Source: Torpedo marmorata (taxonomy: Eukaryota). From it: a DNA stretch of 64,000 nt. Location of the stretch: the NCBI GenBank assembly GCA_977017645.1, contig OZ360221.1, positions 92,318,001-92,382,000 on the forward strand. The letters run 5' to 3'. Shown here one piece after another: positions 62,340 through 64,000 of this stretch. The translations under genes and the position numbers were made by a program. The notes beneath the pieces are model-generated. The model searched no databases and was not told the origin of the DNA. It saw only the letters and a program-made list of their open reading frames with translations. Each line of letters starts with the position of its first letter. Position 1 is the first letter of the stretch.

Positions 62340-63440
62340 CATGATCCGTCTATGAGGCTATGATGCTTTGTGTACAAATATTAATGGTAAATGGACAAAA
62401 TTGACAAATGTAAGGTCCACTTTGGACCATTACATATAGCTCAGAAAATCTTTTAAATGGTGAAAAGGTAGAAGCAAGGGAAAGACAAAGCAATCCCTTT
62501 TCACCATTTAAAAGGAATTCTGTGCTATCTTTAATGATCCAAAGTGGACCGTAGAATTGCTGATTTTGCAATCTAAGTGTCAGTTTTGCCCATGTGCCTA
62601 TTAATATCTCTTTGCAATTTAAAGTTCCTCTCCACACTGCTTACTGTGCCACCTATCCTTTGCTTTATTGGAAAGCTTAAATACGTATCTAGCTTTTTTA
62701 TCCTATTATTTAAAGTGTTTATAAATGTAGAGACTAGTGGGAATTCCTCCAGAAATCATGTAGGACACCAGGAGTCACATCCTGCCAGATTGTGGATCTA
62801 CCCATTATTCCTATTCTGTGTTTCCGCATTCACCCTATCAACAGTTTCTTAAAATGGAAAGGTGTGATGAAAAGAGTTCTGCAGCAATCCACAATGAAGC
62901 CAATTGTATTTAGTTTCAGTGTGACCCAGCTTGTGGAAACAATATTATAATTTGCTGACAGTATTAAATGAGAGGGTTGTGTGAGACTATAGAATAAAGT
63001 AAATGGATAACTCATGCACTTCATTGTTGAAAAATGTAAAGTGAAACCATTTGGAACCAATGGAGAGAGCAAGAAAATATTTCTTAAATTGTGTGATTTA
63101 TTGGGAGCAGTTTTAGTCTCATTATCTAAGGAAGGATGTATTGGCATTGGAGAGATTCCAGAGGAGGTTCACGAGTATGATCCCTGGAATGAAAGGGTTA
63201 TCATATGAGGAGTGTTTGATGGCTCTGGGACTGTACTCGCTAGAGTTTAAAAGAATGAGGGGGGATCTCATTGAAACCTTCATGAAGGGCTCAAGCCCGA
63301 AACGTCGGTTATGTATTTTTAACTTTGCTATATAAAGGACACTGCTTGACCTGTTGAGTTTCTCCAGCTTTGTGTTTTTACTTCAACCACGGTGTCTGCA
63401 GATTTTCGTGTTTTACTTCAATGGGCTGACCGGCCTACTT
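62340..63440. mobile_element. Rearranged CR1 fragments (fold-back at about 62390-62600, plus-strand 3' part at 62990-63277)
   Basis: ALERFQRRFTSMIPGMKGLSYEE CR1 motif; inverted CR1 copies. Confidence 0.6.
63277..63418 (+). mobile_element. Penelope tail-only insertion starting at the hammerhead motif
   Basis: CCTTCATGAAGGGCTCAAGCCCGAAACGTCGGTTATG followed by the shared tail. Confidence 0.75.
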
Positions 63441-63717
63441 CCACTCCTGTCTTATGGTCTTAGTGAAAAGCAAGCAGAAAAATAGGGCACTTTGGTGTCA
63501 AGAGATGCAATTCATTTGAATATGCTTTCTACTCCTATTATTTGTTAGTAAAACACCAGCTGTGTATCTATTTTTTACTAATGCTTCCACATTTATCCAC
63601 TTAAGAATTCAAGTTTGCATTGCATTTCACTGAGAAACTAAGATCACAGTAATTTCATCACAAACAGCCATCTGTTATTGGAAGTAAGGCCTATATAACT
63701 GAATTTCATTTATTAGA

Positions 63718-63960
63718 AAATAGAACAGTACAGCACAGGAACAGGCCATTCAGCCCATGATGTCTTTGCCGAACACCAAATATCTTCTGCCTCCACATGA
63801 TACTTATACACTGATTCTCTGCATATTAATGTGTCAATCTAGAAGCCACTATCTACTTCCACTGCTAACCCTGACAGCCTGTTCAAGGCACTCTTTGTAT
63901 ATAAAAGCTTGCCACGCACATCTCATTTAAACAACTTCCACCCTGCCTTCGAATTTATTT
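63718..63960 (-). mobile_element. CR1 3' end fragment
   Basis: TAGAACAGTACAGCACAGGAACAGGCCATTCAGCCCA is the reverse complement of the CR1 tail. Confidence 0.65.
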
Positions 63961-64000
63961 GTTCCATCTTGGGTCCCTCTCTCCCATTTCTCTACCTCTC

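Overview
Eukaryotic, almost entirely repeat-derived DNA with no convincing host exon. The repeat set (V-domain tRNA SINEs with CR1 tails, CR1, Rex1/Babar LINEs, Penelope-like elements with hammerhead motifs, an AT-rich L1 family, Mag-like Ty3/Gypsy elements, Tigger and Tc2-type MITEs) suggests a cartilaginous fish; this is inference only. Target-site duplications (TSDs) resolve many nested insertions, including a five-layer stack at 35.0-48.9 kb (Rex1 > Gypsy A > L1 > Gypsy B > L1 tail) and a Gypsy (C, 51005-62325) carrying two L1s. Most notable observations: (1) Gypsy A has no tRNA primer-binding site (PBS); its post-LTR sequence is complementary to its own LTR poly(A)-signal region, a candidate for self-priming or poly(A) occlusion. 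(2) All five L1 insertions use a C|AA site with 15-16 bp TSDs rather than T|AAAA. (3) The Penelope tails carry a UUGAUGA-variant minimal hammerhead. (4) One L1 shows a twin-priming inversion. (5) Gypsy B's integrase tail carries neurofilament-like KSP repeats. Boundaries backed by TSDs are close to exact; the others are approximate. Family names come from motif recognition, not database searches.
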